Part shown: positions 23,147 to 37,204 of the stretch, piece by piece
Position numbering within the stretch: the stretch's first letter is position 1
How the letters are laid out: each line of letters begins with the position of its first letter
From: Amphiscolops sp. MND2022
Taxonomy: Eukaryota
Assembly (NCBI GenBank): GCA_964187785.1
Contig: OZ076409.1
Span: 57,600,001 to 57,664,000, forward strand
Length of the DNA: 64,000 nt
Direction of reading: 5' to 3'
Program-made: the position numbers and the translations under genes
The notes under the pieces: model-generated
The model's input: the letters and a program-made list of their open reading frames with translations, nothing else
Told to the model about the DNA's origin: nothing
The model's database searches: none

Positions 23147-23189
23147 CAGTTTGCAACTATCAAACATTATGTTTGATAGTTGCAAACTG
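23147..23189. repeat. Perfect 43-bp palindrome (21-bp arms)
   Basis: CAGTTTGCAACTATCAAACAT-T-ATGTTTGATAGTTGCAAACTG. Confidence 0.9.
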
Positions 23190-23236
23190 TTTGATAGTTG
23201 AAGTTCAGCACGAAACTATCAGTTAACTGATGTTTG

Positions 23237-23686
23237 GGACCATGTCATCTATTTCCCCCCAAACTGCAGCAGGGGGAAATAAGAGAGAATGTTCAAATAC
23301 CATTATGTCGACATCGTTTGCGTTGGAATTTCGGTCCAATAAAATAATTGATGTCGACATAATCTTATCCATTACATTGACTGTCAGTTAAAAGTTGCTC
23401 ATTAGATTTTATAGCACACAAAATTTGCACTGAAATAGGGGCTTTTTTATACGATTTTAGCTTGTTCCAACTGTGAATTTCTGCTATTTTGGACAATAAT
23501 ACCAAAAAATTTTGGTAATTTTTTTAACCTGAAGTGGCCAAACAGTTGTAGAGAAAATCCTCTAAGTAAATACATTCATATAATATTCTCTTATTAGTGA
23601 AATATTTTTGTTCAAGAAGAAAATTTGCTTTCGTATTGGGGGGATTCCCAGCAAGGTGTACCTTGGGGGAATAGATGACATGGTCC
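23237..23686. mobile_element. MITE with GGACCATGTCATCTATT TIRs and ~8-bp TSD
   Basis: TIRs at both ends; flanks GATGTTTG and GATGTTTC. Confidence 0.8.
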
Positions 23687-24249
23687 GATGTTTCTTCTTT
23701 AATCTTTTTCTTTTAATATTGTACAGTACGATTTATAGTACCCTCTGTTGATTCTGTATGTACATTTTCGGATTTTTTCATTCGGAGACTTCCTATAATC
23801 TCCCGAACCTACTGAATTGTTTTTGTTTTAATGGAGAATTTGTTTGGAACCGAAAAAAATGCACTGTATTTTCTGTCTATAAACACTGAAGTACATGTAG
23901 TAAGATAGGTTATAAAAAGTTCATTTAGAAAATTGATTTTTATTTGAAATCAAAAAAGTTTTTCAATCAAATCATATCAGCATCCGCAGGAGATTTGGGG
24001 GCAAATGATTGGCTGATAATTTTTCAAAATAATTTTTTCAACTTTGTGAAAATCAAGAAAAAGTGGAAATTGGATGAAACTTTTCAAAATTTTCAATTTC
24101 TAATTTTTGTCGTAGAAATTTCAAACAAACATTTTTGTAAACTAGATAAAATTCGAAGAAACTTTTGTAGCTGGCAATTTTTTGTATTCGTGACAGTTCA
24201 CGAGATATTTGGTTTTGAATTTTGCCATTTTAAGCAATGAGGTTGCGAT

Positions 24250-25285
24250 CCCGGGTTGACCCTCTTACTAGCATCTTGACTGTCTTGGCAAGATCTTGCC
24301 AAATTCTTACTACATCTTGGCAGTCATGGATCCCATGGCAAGATTCTTATTAAGATCTTACTAAGATGATACTTATTCCAAGATCGTATCTTATCACGAT
24401 GGACAAATTTTTAGGATTATAAAAAAAACACTATACCTTTGGTACAAGCAGCCGAGACTCAATCTAAAGGCTCATTTCACCCAACAATGACTATTTCTAC
24501 TCGTTTTCATAATCAAAATGCTGAAACCTGCTTAAAAAAAGTTGCAAGCAAAAATGCGTGAAAAATTACGATAACGTATTCTGGCTTCCGAAATTTTGAC
24601 GAGAATCCTAATAAGTCCTCACCTGTTTAAGACTGAGAAATGCGAATGTACCAAATGAAAGGTCATTTCAAGGGCTCTCCAAAACTTGTAATTTATCACT
24701 CCTGTCGATTCCAGAGACGGAGAAATATGCTCTCAAACGTCGAGACCCACTATCGGAAAGTTACAAAGGAAAGACATTTAAATCCGGAAATTTTTGTAAA
24801 ATTCATATTTTCAGCTTTCTTAGAGCCTGTTTCAGCAGCCTTATTACTGCTAGAAACAGTGGTCATTGCACTAATTTGGGTAATGATTCCGCTCGAGGCT
24901 TTTCTGACGCGTTGTTGGCGACAGTTTTGCGATTGAAAGAACAATTTAACCAGCATTCCTAAATAAATATCTCTTCAACCAACTTTTATACATTGCTAAC
25001 AGAAGTTTTATTGTCTAACAATATAAATCTGCAGAAATGTTGATTTTTGTTGAAATCCTTTCAGATTTGTTTCTCCAAATAGGATTTCTTAGGAAGATTT
25101 TTCTTGCCATATTGGGCTTCTTAGTAAGATTTTTTTTTGGAAACATGGCTCTCTTGATAAGATCTTACCATGGCATCTTGCAATTCTTGGCAATACCTTG
25201 TCACGGTCTTAGCTAAGATTTTTCCAAGATCTTGGCAAGATCTTGCCAAGATCTTACTAAGATATCCATGGAGGGTCGACCCGGG
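24250..25285. mobile_element. Non-autonomous CCC...GGG TIR element with 2-bp AT TSD (CACTA/EnSpm-like)
   Basis: CCCGGGTTGACCCTC...GAGGGTCGACCCGGG; AT on both sides; AAGATCTT subterminal repeats. Confidence 0.8.
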
Positions 25286-26573
25286 ATATTTTAGAACGCT
25301 ACTGTTCATCTCAACGAATTTACTACACGGAATGGAGGATTTCAAAATTAATCCAATTAGTTTACGTTTGGTTTAACTCAAGTTAGGTTTATATACAGCA
25401 ACAAATTTTGAACCGGGGCTCAGTTGTCTCATCTCTTTAGTTCTTCACATCTGGTTAAATTCCCGTTATCTCATGCACTTCTGATAATTAATCAAATTCG
25501 ATACTACGTTCCTTGAATAGTCTGATTTCAATTACTGTTTTGTATTTTGCAGAAAGATAAAATTTAAAAATTGAGAAAGCAGTCTCAATGTCTTCCGTTT
25601 AACCATACAAAGGGATCAAACTTTCATCCGACCCTATAATGGGTAAATGGGTAATATTTCAGCTTCAGATGTCCCAAACAGATGTTGAATATTGAACAAT
25701 CGAACATCTGCCATTATGGTACAATAAATAAAATGACAAATTTAGTCGTTGATCCTGAGAGTATTGAAAAAATTCGCCAAAATTTCCGTTAACGTTTATG
25801 TAGAGACTTGCCTATTCTGTAGTTTGATTATTTATACAAAATCTTCATCTAAAAATTATTTCCACCTAGACAGAAAATTTCCAGGTGACGAATTGATTAG
25901 TAAGTCTGAATCTGTCAAGTTCTATCATTTTTTCCATTCTAATAACAGTTAAAACTGAACCATGGCATTTGATGAATTTTCACATTCAAAATCACTCCAG
26001 AAACAACTTGACATTTTTCTGTCTAGATTTTTTCTGTTCCTAAAATAAACGAAGCAGGCATGTACCGCATATCAGTTCACGATTGAGCCCCTGGTGGTCA
26101 GTAGATGAAGGCACGGAGATAAAGTTAGCCATAGACATCTTCAATTGCTCTCTTCCCCTGGGGATCTATCTATGATTAGTCGCTTTTCATCCTCAAGTTA
26201 TTCAATCCTTCAATCAATATGGGCATCTTTTGAATGCTCATCCCTTTCACAAACAAAGGTGTGATTGTCGTCTGAAAACTTTTAGAAACTTCAAAAGAGG
26301 TTTTAAAGCAAAACTTCAGCCTCCAATTATTGCACATATGAACTACGTATGTCATAATTTTTTCAAACTTCACTTGCTGACTAATGTAGTTCCTGATACA
26401 CTTCATAATATGTACTTTGTAGCGCTCGAGTATGAATCAGTATCAAGAGGGGAACGTCTAATACGGGCGCCGCGAAAAGTTCAAAAAGCGCAGTTTTTGT
26501 AAAAGGCTATTTTTTCAAAAACTTTCGAAAAACTTTATTTTCACTAGCTGACAAAAACTTGAAGGGTGGTACC

Positions 26574-29500
26574 TGTCAGAACGTGTTAACGTCTCAGAAC
26601 TTAGGACGTCTTGGTGGTTCCCTTAATTACTGGTTGAAATTTTCTCAATAAGGGTTCTCATAATACTAGTCAACTCTCCAATCTGCCTGATCATATCTAC
26701 GAATCTCTGCTCTATTCTGAGCCTTTCGTGGTCTCTCTCCATTGACCTCATTGTCTCGTCGTCATTCTCACCAAAGTAACTTTCACGATAATGGTCGGCT
26801 ACACTGTCATTATCATCATTATCAGAAAGTCTGTCGTCTTCGGATTTCCCTATTCTGTTTTCTCTGAGGATTTGCGATCAGGTGTTCACCATCTTTTTCA
26901 AATTAATAGGTTAGTTTTGGTAATTTTTGAATTAAAATAGAATGGAAAGAATGTTAACGTTATTGATACGTAAGTAAGGTAGTAAGTATATTTCAATATC
27001 GTGAAAATGCGTATGGTTCCAGCGGTAGCACAATTTCAACTGGTGATTTTCTACTTCGTTTTAGCACCCTCAAGCTTTCTAGTCATGCGTACATATTACC
27101 TAATTGATTGCGTCCACTTTTCTGGTGTTTCTCATTGATGCGGCAATTCACACTTCAAGGTGCGTTAGGCGACTGGTTACTTCAGTCGTCGCTAATTTCC
27201 TTCGGAGCACTTTCGAACCTGTTATTACATCACTAACCTTCATATTTACACCTCCGATTACTTCACGATTAAAGTGGTGGTGGTAACTATGGGTACAAAA
27301 ATATAGATCAATACACTAATTGTTGGTGACAACTAATTACTTTAATTCTTGGTTTGAATCGATCCACTACATGGTTGGAGATTACAACTACTGAATGAAA
27401 ATCAATTGGTCGTTACTGCTTGATAAACGAGCAATGACTTTCATGAATTACTAATCGATGCACTGTTTGAATAAATGTTAACTGCAAGTGATGATTTTAG
27501 ATAAAATGACGATTGCATAGGCCGGTCGTTCTTTTCTGTAAAAATATTTTATGAGTTTTTAGTTCGTGTTGAGCTTCAATTGCAGCCTCTGACGACTGGA
27601 ACGTGTCGTGGTTAATTTCATCATGTAGTTCGGCATGACACCCCGCATCTTTGAGTGAAAAGAGTTAAGTATCCGATTAGGAAATCGAGAAGAGGAGTGG
27701 TTCAGATTTAGCTTTGTTAGTTTGCGCATGTGCCTGTTTCGCTTTTGACGACTTGAGGCTGCAGTCGTTGGTTGGCGTTATCTATCTCGTTTAATACACT
27801 TCGGTAAATGAATAGCATCGGGGTGGTGACGACTCGTGTTAACAGTCGTGGGCGTTGTTGCACTATTCAGGTCGGAAATAGGAACCAATACTGCAAGCAA
27901 CGGAAAGAGAGAGAGAGAGTGAATGGTTACGTCACTGAACAGTTAGTGTAGAAGTATTGCGAGTAAGTAGTTCAACGGTGGCAATTGTTTGCCATGTCAT
28001 CCTGTCATGCGCGTCCGAAGAGGTAGTCGGAATAGAGTAAATAGTGATCGGAAGTGACCGCGGCAGTCGGCATTCCGTTGGAAGTTGTACTGTTATTAAT
28101 AGTCGTGTTTCTTTTTCACTCACTCAATATCGCTCTGCTGCTAGTTAGTTTGAATTTTGTTGTTGTTGATCGATTTCTGCAATTATTAGAACTGTTCCTT
28201 CTTCCCATGTTCGACAATCTTCGCTGATCGATTTGTAAGGATATCCACGGGTAGTGTGGTTGTTTGAGTTTTCACTGCTGGAAACATTTTATATGGGTTT
28301 TTCGAATTTAACTGTTTTCTGCGATGACGAGCGAGTGCTGTCCACGTACTGTTGTATTGTCCATTTGAGAAAGGAATGATTCAGCTGTCGACCTAACGGC
28401 TGATATCAGCAATTTGTCTTTGAAATTTTGGGTCGTACACCTTCACTTTTTTGAGATTACATAGTTGATCAGGCCACAAAATCACGTGAACTGAACGATG
28501 ATCCATTCTAGTCGTCGTCTGTTGTTTGTCAGTTAAAGTAGTATCCTCTGTTAGCATAACGGTTTATGTTCAACGTCGGCGACGGTCTTACTGACCCTGA
28601 GCTTGTCTCCACTGTTTCGCAAGCCGAGAGTTGTTTGTTGGAGGTCGAGATGTCGTCAGGGTCAAATTAATCAAAGATGGGTCAGTTAGCTGCGAACGTC
28701 CCTAGTGCCCCAAAGTGTTGTGAATTAGTGGCTCGGGTGTTTGCTGCAGGACGTCCTGGGCTTGAGTGTCTGTTGGACGTTGCGCTATCAGAAGAATTCA
28801 GTAAGTTCAGCGCTATTTTTTGTTGTGTTTCTTATTGCTAGGGCAGCGGTTGGGTTAAGTGAAGACTCCCTTCTTCTGGGTGTTTTGAGCTTCTTGGTGT
28901 AACGTTAATTTTTAGAGCAGGATGTTGTGGAATCCATGTAGTTCTTTTTCTGTGTTTATACCCGGGGTTTTGTATCTGTAGGGTGTGCCGTAGGGTGGTC
29001 ACCTTTCCAGTTCTGCAGTGAGTGGTTCATATGTATCGCAAGTCTCCATTTTGTCGTTTGCAGGTGAAGTTGATGTCTCAGCATTGGCAGAGTTTCTCCA
29101 AATATATCCTCGCTGTCAGGAAGCACGAATGACTGGAGACACAACTGAGGTGTTCGGGCGTCTAGGCGAAGTGCTTTCGCCTCGAACCGGTAAGTAATGT
29201 AGCTTATATCCTTACTATCCAGCAAAGTAAATGTGGTACAACTGAAGTCTAGGGTCGTTGCTTTTTCCTTAGGGGGGTTGGCGCTCAGGTAGTATTAATT
29301 GCTGAACATAATTGATTAGTTCTTGTAGGTGAATCGATTGTCTCGGCAGACCCTTCATCTCACTGGTCGTCCGTAGAAGCTAGATTAGAACACGGTGTGC
29401 ATGGATGGGTGAAAGCGGGGATTGATTCAACTATGGGCCAGTTAGGAACCGTGGGGGCGATGGCTAGGGATGACTTCTTGCAAAAGATGAGAGAGGTGTT

Positions 29501-32340
29501 TCGGGAAGTCGTTGCCTCCCAAACATCGTCTGCTGAGCCTGTTTCGCCCCTTGTGAAGTTGCCTACTGCTCCTGTGCCAAGTGGTTCATCAGTGATTAGG
29601 GTGTCAGAGTCCCTTGATCTGGCTTCTTCAGTTCCGACGGCATTTGTAGATGGGGTTGTGTTGTCAGTGGTGGCAAAATCTGCTAACCTGACTTCGTCGT
29701 GAGAAACAAACCTTGGTAAAAATCTCATAGGATCACATGACGGGTTTTAAGAGTAGAGGATTTTTAATGCTAAGCAGGTTATGTACACTAAAAATGTTTT
29801 TTTTTGGTATTAAAAGGGGAAAAACAGAGTTTGGTTTTGTTGTGACGGCTCGCAGTATGTCAGTTAGTCGATGTATCGTTTGTGGTTTTTTTCCAGTACG
29901 GAAGCGAAAGATCAATACGTTGAAGTCCGCATACTTTGTTTCACATGTTGTGAGCCTCTTTGTTGGCTTCCCTCGACACAAACGGGTCGTGGACGGATAT
30001 GCGCCGTGCTTGCTGTGTAAAGTAGACATATGCATAGCGGGACGAGGACTTGGGAATCTGTGGGGGCACTGGAAGGGTGCTGAGCTTTTGCGCTTGGCAC
30101 AAAACTTCCGAATTGTGACACAGTGCCCTTTGTTAGAAAAGTCCTATCGACCAGTGTCCGCCGACGAATATCGCCGTATTCGTCTGCAACAGATGGTGGA
30201 GTCGCTCATATATTTGGATACACGACTGCGTTTGACTGTCGCGGAACTGGTTGCGATTGACGAACCGGCAGCGGCAGCAGCAGCAGCAGCAGCAAACAAG
30301 CCTCAGTTGTACGAGGACAGTGCTTGCTACTTGTGGTTGACCCAGATGGTCAGTGCATCTGCTGCTGTGACTGATGTTCGTGGAGTGCTTCGCCTTGTGG
30401 ATATGTGTTCAGTCGCCATGCGAAGTTAACTGGAATTTGTCGAGCGCTCACTCAGTTATCCGAAATGTCGGATGAGTTCTGTGTTGGTATTTCGTAGTTG
30501 TTTGTGCTAGATTCATTGTTGGTGATCATGTGTGTGCTATGGGTGGTTGCTTGTATGTGCAGTGGTATAACTTGATCTTTAGTTGAGAAATAAAAATTGT
30601 GTTTGCAGAGTCTTATCTTGTACAGACTATACCCTTACGTCGCTGATCAGTTGAGCGAGTTGACGAGTCGGGGAGCCCACGTTGGTGTGCCGTTGACCTG
30701 CGAGAAATCAATTTGGCGAGTTGACTGGAACTTCGTAGACGGAAGCGATGTCAAGAGTGTTCTCGTGAGAATGTGCCGTTCAGGGGATCAGTGGCAGTCA
30801 GCACTTACTCGCTTGGTTGTGACTACTTTTTCTTGTGTGGGCTCGATCTTACGTATGAATATTGTGTGTGTGTTGAAGAGCATTTGAACGTCGGTCGGGC
30901 TATATCCAGTGTAGCAGACCCTACTGGGCCTGTTGTCATGCGCTTATTTGCTTATTTGACGTGCAGTGGATTCAAAGCGACATTCGGAAACGATTTACGA
31001 CGCAGTTCAGTGGTGTCGACCCATATAGTGAATTGGATTTTCTGAATTATCAACTGGCTGGAGTAGCTAACAAGCCGTATTCTGCTAGATTGCCTGATTT
31101 GCAAAGTGTTAGTCTTTCGTGTCATAGTTTTTTCTTTTTTAGGCTAATGAACTGGTATCAGATTTTTTTGTTTCTTTTTTGATGTCCTGGTGTTGAGTGT
31201 ACTCGTGGTGTAGATGTGGTATTTTGTTCATCGAATATGTTGTTTTTCCAGTTTGTGTGAGAGCCGGAAGTATCTATTGCTGAAGTGACGGAGGTGTGTT
31301 CTGAGCTTGTAGAACGCTGGGATGACGTCAGCTTATACTTGGGAACGCATCGACCAACAGCTGTATCCGAGGTCAGGTCACAACCGAATTTCGAAGTCGA
31401 TGTGTTCGAGGACCGCCTATCATGACCTCGTTTTGCCATCCTCAAATATCTGTCGAGTTTTAGTGAGTGGTTTTGTTTGCTTGTCTTTTGTGGTATAAAA
31501 TGTGGTTAGGAGCTTAGTTTTTGTATTTGTGTTGGCGATTGGAATTTGTAGTAGCGGAAGGAAAAAGAAGGATTTATCTCGGGTGGGAAGATCTTAGTTT
31601 TTTAAAACTTTTGTTTCAGTTGCTACCAAGTCCCCTACTCTGTGTTCGTTCGAGGAGCCGGAGTCGTGACCTTCGTTTCATGCGGGAATTTGCAGCTTTC
31701 TTGCGTGATGTACGCCTGCTTATTCAGTCTCCTGGTGATGTGCCCGCACCCTACGATCTACCAGGGATTGTGGAGATGCAGCCGTTGAACGATACCGCAC
31801 CGGATGAGAAAAGATTTCGGGCATTGTTCGGGCAATACTTTCGGTTCGACGTCAGCTCACAGCAGCCGTACTTTTACCGCGAGGTGCAACGCTTTCTCGC
31901 AGGGTTGTGTGTGGAGTTGACAAAAGGGTACCGTGAGGAAAGTGACAATAAACTGTGCTTGACTTCGTTTGATCCTGTCATAGTGTTCAATGGCAATTAA
32001 AACAGCTTGGTTGATTCGCTTCTGGATACTTGTCTAGTTCTGGTCCGATATCAACTTTGTGAGACGGACGTCAGTGCTGTTCTTCTGAGACAGTATAGGG
32101 AAGTGTGTGAGTACTTCCGTCAGATGTGGCGGAGCCAATATCACGAAGCACCTGTAGTAGTTTGTTTGAATAAATGTTGAACTGCATGTAATGATTTTAG
32201 GTAAAATGACGACTGGATAGGCCGGTCGTTCCTTTCTGTAAAAATATTTTATGAGTTTTTAGTTTGTTTTGAGCTTCAATTGCAGTCTCTGACGACTGGG
32301 ACGTCTCGTCGTTAATTTCATCATGTCGTTCGGCATGACA
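26574..32340 (-). mobile_element. Older, internally deleted LTR retrotransposon with the same architecture (gag-pol lost)
   Basis: GTACC TSD at 26569-26573 and 32341-32345; TG...CA ends. Full LTR 26574-27640 and residual LTR end 32163-32340 (~14 differences in 178 bp vs 27464-27640). Decayed gag start MVNT*SQ at 26892 inside the LTR. Confidence 0.85.
28566..32162 (+). pseudogene. Decayed, intron-containing homolog of the 8097-12264 antisense gene
   Basis: Zn-finger-like CLLCKVDICIAGRGLGNLWGHW. FYREVQRFLAGLCVELTKGYREESDNKLCLTSFDP aligns by eye with FRNRCREFVDRLVDVILDQQVVSSDFLQGLYCFCP. GTAAGT donors at 28801 and 29190. Many stops. Confidence 0.7.
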
Positions 32341-32617
32341 GTACCTTTTCTCCTGATGCTCAAAGTTTGTTGGTAAGTCACTCAGTGCCAAAAACAATTC
32401 GAGGGGAGAACGTTTTGAACTCAAATACTATTCTTTTGTCTTCTTACCCGGTCTTTTTTGATTTTTCAAATAAAATGTTTTACCCCCCAAAAACGTTGTT
32501 TGGTTATATGTAAATATTCAAGTAAAAGTGTATAATGGTCTATGATGGGAAGTGTTTGCCTCATGTAGGGTAACTTTTTTTTCGGCGAAAGATCTGTAAA
32601 AGGTGGACCATTCAGAT

Positions 32618-33154
32618 CCCTTGTTGAAACTGCTTGAACGTTTTACATGTTTTTGTAGGTTACCAACCTAATTTTCCATGATTTTATAAATTTCTCAAAG
32701 AATCGTCCATGCAACAAAACTTCACTGATTCGATTTAGTTTTATCAAGGTGCATCCTAAATTTGGCGGAAATTTTGCGCCGCAACGTTTTGCAGGTTTCA
32801 TTAAGACGCCATTCTAATTTTGAAAGCAGCTGAGACCGTCATCAATTTTACAGCGCTTTTAATGCAAATAAGCTTCAGTCACATTATAAGTTTCAAAGTA
32901 GCGTCATATTTAGCGTTCTATTTGACTAACGGTGATGACATAAGGTACATACTTGGGAAACTTACGCGTGAAAACAAAGTGATCGCGGCGGTGAAGAAGT
33001 GGAATTGATTTCAGTTTTAATTGAAGTAGTGGAAGCTGCATTGTAATCCTACAAAATGTTTCCATGCAGGCTCTCGGAATTTTCCATGAGTGTAAAAAAT
33101 TAGCCTGCATGTTTCCATGCAGCATGTAAAAAGTTCAAGCAATCTCGACTAGGG
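32618..33154. mobile_element. Non-autonomous CCC...GGG TIR element with 2-bp AT TSD
   Basis: CCCTTGTTGAAACTGCTTGAACGTTTTACATG matches the inverted CCCTAGTCGAGATTGCTTGAACTTTTTACATG; AT flanks; TTTCCATG repeats. Confidence 0.75.
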
Positions 33155-35980
33155 ATAGACTGTCTCATCTGACAAAGAAGACAAAACTACTCACAGTACT
33201 TTTCGGGCATTTTTTCTGCAGAAGTTGCCAACTAAATAAAGCAAAACGGAAACGTCTAAAGTCGGCGCTATATCTAAGGCTCAAAACGTTTTTTGAAAGT
33301 TTTTAAAATTGTAAAAGGGGACCGTTTGGATCCTTCTGCCTTAGAATGGTTTTTTAGAGGCTTTGGATGCGTTCAAAATGAAGTACTAAGTACTTATGGT
33401 AAAAATACATAATGCACAAAAAGTTCTTACATACAAGTTGAGGTCTGTGGTCTGAGGAAAAAAGAAAAAAAACTAGCTACTATAATAGTCGGGCACTTTT
33501 CACTAAAAAACCGATTAAAAAACCGATTTTTTAAAAGAGCCATCATACTTTCTCAGACTTGCTCATTAAGAAAAAAGGTCGAAGAATATCTTTTCTCAAC
33601 TACTCAATAGTTACTTCCAATCACCACATGACCTCGTCATAAAACAGTCTGTCTTCTAATCTTTTTATATATATGAGCCGAGTCGTATAACATGATGTTG
33701 GGAAAAGAAAATGCATTTTCTTGCGGAGAAGATAAGAAAGGATGCCCATCGGCGTTGTCTGCAAATAGGACTGTCTGCAAATTGGGAGGTATTTTTACAT
33801 CCACCTAGACTAAAATGGAGTTCGACTAGAATAGAAAATGGTTGAACATTTCCACTGAAGCAGTAAAGTTGGAACTTCGAAAATATATCTCAAAATTGAA
33901 ATAAGGAGCAGTGGAAGCTCAATCTAGTGTTTGAGTCGTGCGAAACAGTCTACAAGTAACTGAGTAAAATTAGTAAGCGCACTATTTCACTCCTTGCGAA
34001 TAGCAGGTAGAAAGACAAGTGTTGACTATGACAGTTCCCCCCCTGGCACTGGAGAATATGACAGAATTGCAAAAGAAGTTCCGATGGACCTCGAATCAGA
34101 ACTATGACCAAATTCGAACTTTTTAAAGGTAACCTGAAAAGAAGAAAAGAAGACACGATAGAAATTTCAAACAAGACGCCCGTTAAGCACCGGGATATTT
34201 TTCGCCTTGTTCTTCTTGTTCTGTTTTTCTCCGCCAAATGCAATGTTTTCTGCATTGTACCACATACCACTGAGCTAGGAATGAAGGACTTGACTATCCA
34301 CTATCCACTACTTGACCATTTTAGTTACTTGACTATTTATGACGATCGTGGAGATTTGGCAGAATTTGGAAAAAAACGCAGCACAGATCATGATTTTCCT
34401 CTCCCATTATATGGGCGGAAAATAATAATGGCAGAAGCGTCTTTCATTTCAAGAAATTGAGCTCCACTCTTTCTAACGAAGAGTAAACAAGACGAGAACG
34501 TCCAAAGTCGGCACCCCACTTAATGTTCAGAAAAAGTCTTTTGAATATGCGATAGCACAGCTTCGTGAAAGTTTTGTATCGAATTTACACAACCAAAAAG
34601 TTCCCGAAAAAAGCCTCATAAGACTCGAAAACAGCTCTTTCCCCAACTGGAAACAACAAAAAGAATATTTTTATATAATTTTTCATCGCAAAAAAGTCTT
34701 GATCAAACAAAAAGTTGCATATAACTCCAAACATCAATGAACCCAATTCTTGGAAACAAATTTGTTCTTTCCGGAAAATCTCATAGAGCGGGAATACCCA
34801 AAAGAGACCCTCTAATGTCGCAAAACGTTTTTTACAGCAAAAAAACGTTTGAAAAAGTGAAACGGGTGCCGATGACCGAATGAATTCTATTTCGCAAAAC
34901 GTCAAAATTTACTTCGGTTATAACGTCTGAAAATCGGATATAGCGCAAAATTCTGAACCTCCGCATCCTCCTTGATAGAACCCAATTTAATTCGGATATA
35001 CGTTAAATGTTTGGATATAGCATGCTGGGACGAATGAGAGCGTATTGACAAATGGGAGAACTTCCGCTCCCTCAGTAAAACGCAAAATAATTCGGATATA
35101 ACTTGAAAAAAACTGGGAAACGGCGCAATATTTTCCCCGCCTCCTCTTCAGTGAAACGCAAATTAATTCGGATATAACGTTGATATTTCAAAAATTGCGT
35201 GCTGGCTACGACAAATGGTCTTTTTGGTATGAATAATATCTGCACTCCATCTGTTCGCCTTACAAGTGGACGGAACTGAGCTACTGAAAGAAACTAGCCA
35301 CTGTAAGAATTGTGCCTTTTCTCCCAAACCGCCGACTAAAAACACGGCAACATATATAAATATGAATGGTAATTCAAAACATACGTAACTGAATTCGAGG
35401 TCGTTGCACTCAACAAATTGTTTTCCATCAAAAAAGCTTCTTAAGCCAGCCTAGTTTTCACTACGGAGGGACACTGTCGGCCCTTCCCCAAGTGTTCTGC
35501 GAACCATGCGGTATAGATCTGGGAGCCAGGATTGTTAAGAAAATTATTGTATACCCAATTAGTTGCAATTAATTAAATTAAATTATTGATTGTTCCAGAA
35601 CTCTATGTAACAATAATTGTTTTTAACTACAATTAATTGTTTCCACTGCCCAATAATTGTTTTTAGCTACAATTAATTGTTTCCACTGACCAATAATTGT
35701 GGAGTGGAATAACTCATTCTCTAAATCTCTAGGTACTTCACTGACTGTCAATTAGCACCAAATTAAGCAATCATGCAGGCGAGCAAGCAAGCATATAGCG
35801 AGCAAGCAAGCATGCAAGCAACGTCAAACTTACCGCCCAATTTTAAACCAATAGAAGGCAAGCTTTGTGTAGCAGCGGTGGTATTTGCTTAGTTCAGCCG
35901 TGAAGGTGCAGGAGCAAAGGATATAGTATTTTGCTTAGCGAGTCAATGCGTACAATGTTTTAGCTACAACACACGTTAAG

Positions 35981-36478
35981 ATGCCGTTCTCGTTAAAAGC
36001 AAGTCGTGGATTCTTTTACCGGCCTCACCCAAATAATAAAAATCATTTTACGTGTATCAAGTGCAATAAACATTACATACAAAAGGAAGGATCTGGCTAC
36101 CAAACTTACAACCACGTCCATGGGACTCACAAAGGTTTGGAAAAAATAATGGCTGATGGTATTTCAACTCTAGAACACTTACGCGATCCGAAAACATTAA
36201 AAATATATGGGTGGTTGGATCAAATTGTTAGCTGCGTATTTCCATTTTCTTATGTTGATAATCTAATTGTACAAAAATATAACATATTACCACCGATTAC
36301 CCATCAATCGCTTGTAATATTTTTAAATGGACTTACAAAAGTTGTCGGAGAAGATTTTAAAGACGAATTGCTTGACAAATTTGGAAAATTCATTGATGGA
36401 TGGTCTGATTTTGGAACTTCAACTCCTTATAATGCCATATTTGCTGATACCCAAATAAACAAGGTAATGATTTGGTAA
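35981..36478 (+). pseudogene. Truncated hAT-family transposase (BED-like finger, IYGWL...PFSYVD, first catalytic DGWS)
   Basis: FTCIKC...H...H, PFSYVD and KFGKFIDGWS motifs. Flanked by CAATAATTGT subterminal repeat arrays (~35540-35700 and ~36730-36845). Confidence 0.75.
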
Positions 36479-36849
36479 TTAATCTATACTTGTAATTAGG
36501 GCAACCAATTTCTTGCCCTCAAAAACGCAATATTTGTCAATGTTTTATCGCAAAAATTTGTCCCGAAGTCTGTATGGTATAGAACCAAAGGTGTCTAAAA
36601 TCGAATCACTAGGACCTCACGCATAATCTGTCGTTTCAATTTTTGGTTTTTACATCCAAGATTTTCTGATGGTGAATCGCAATTTATGGAAAGAAGTGAA
36701 TTGTCTGTTGAAAAAATGTTGATAAACCAAAAATAATTACAATTATTGTTTTTTCTCTACAATAACTTTTTTTGTGAAAAATATTTGATTTTAGAAATAG
36801 AATAATTTCAAATATTAATTGTAGAGTCACAATAATTGCAGTACAACTT

Positions 36850-37170
36850 GTTTCAAGGATAAAAGGTGTCCGATAGTTTCCATTGACGAGTTACGTTCTG
36901 TTGACAAAAAACAAAAAAAATTTCACAGAAATACGTATACAAACTGCCTGTTTTACCTTTCGAACTACATTGAATCTTGGTACACTCCCAGACAGGGTTG
37001 ATAAATATTGAATATTTATCAACCCTGTCTGGGAGTGTACCAAGATTCAATGTAGTTCGAAAGGTAAAACAGGCAGTTTGTATACGTATTTCTGTGAAAA
37101 TTTTTTTGTTTTTTGTCAACAGAACGTAACTCGTCAATGGAAACTATCGGACACCTTTTATCCTTGAAAC
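36850..37170. repeat. 321-bp near-perfect palindrome (160-bp arms, 1-nt spacer)
   Basis: Centre at 37010; one mismatch found between the arms. Confidence 0.95.
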
Positions 37171-37204
37171 GCTTGCTAAACGACAATCACGTTAACCGAG
37201 AACA

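Noticed and set aside
36853..37137. 94-aa ORF
   Set aside because: Lies entirely within the palindrome; no coding signature.
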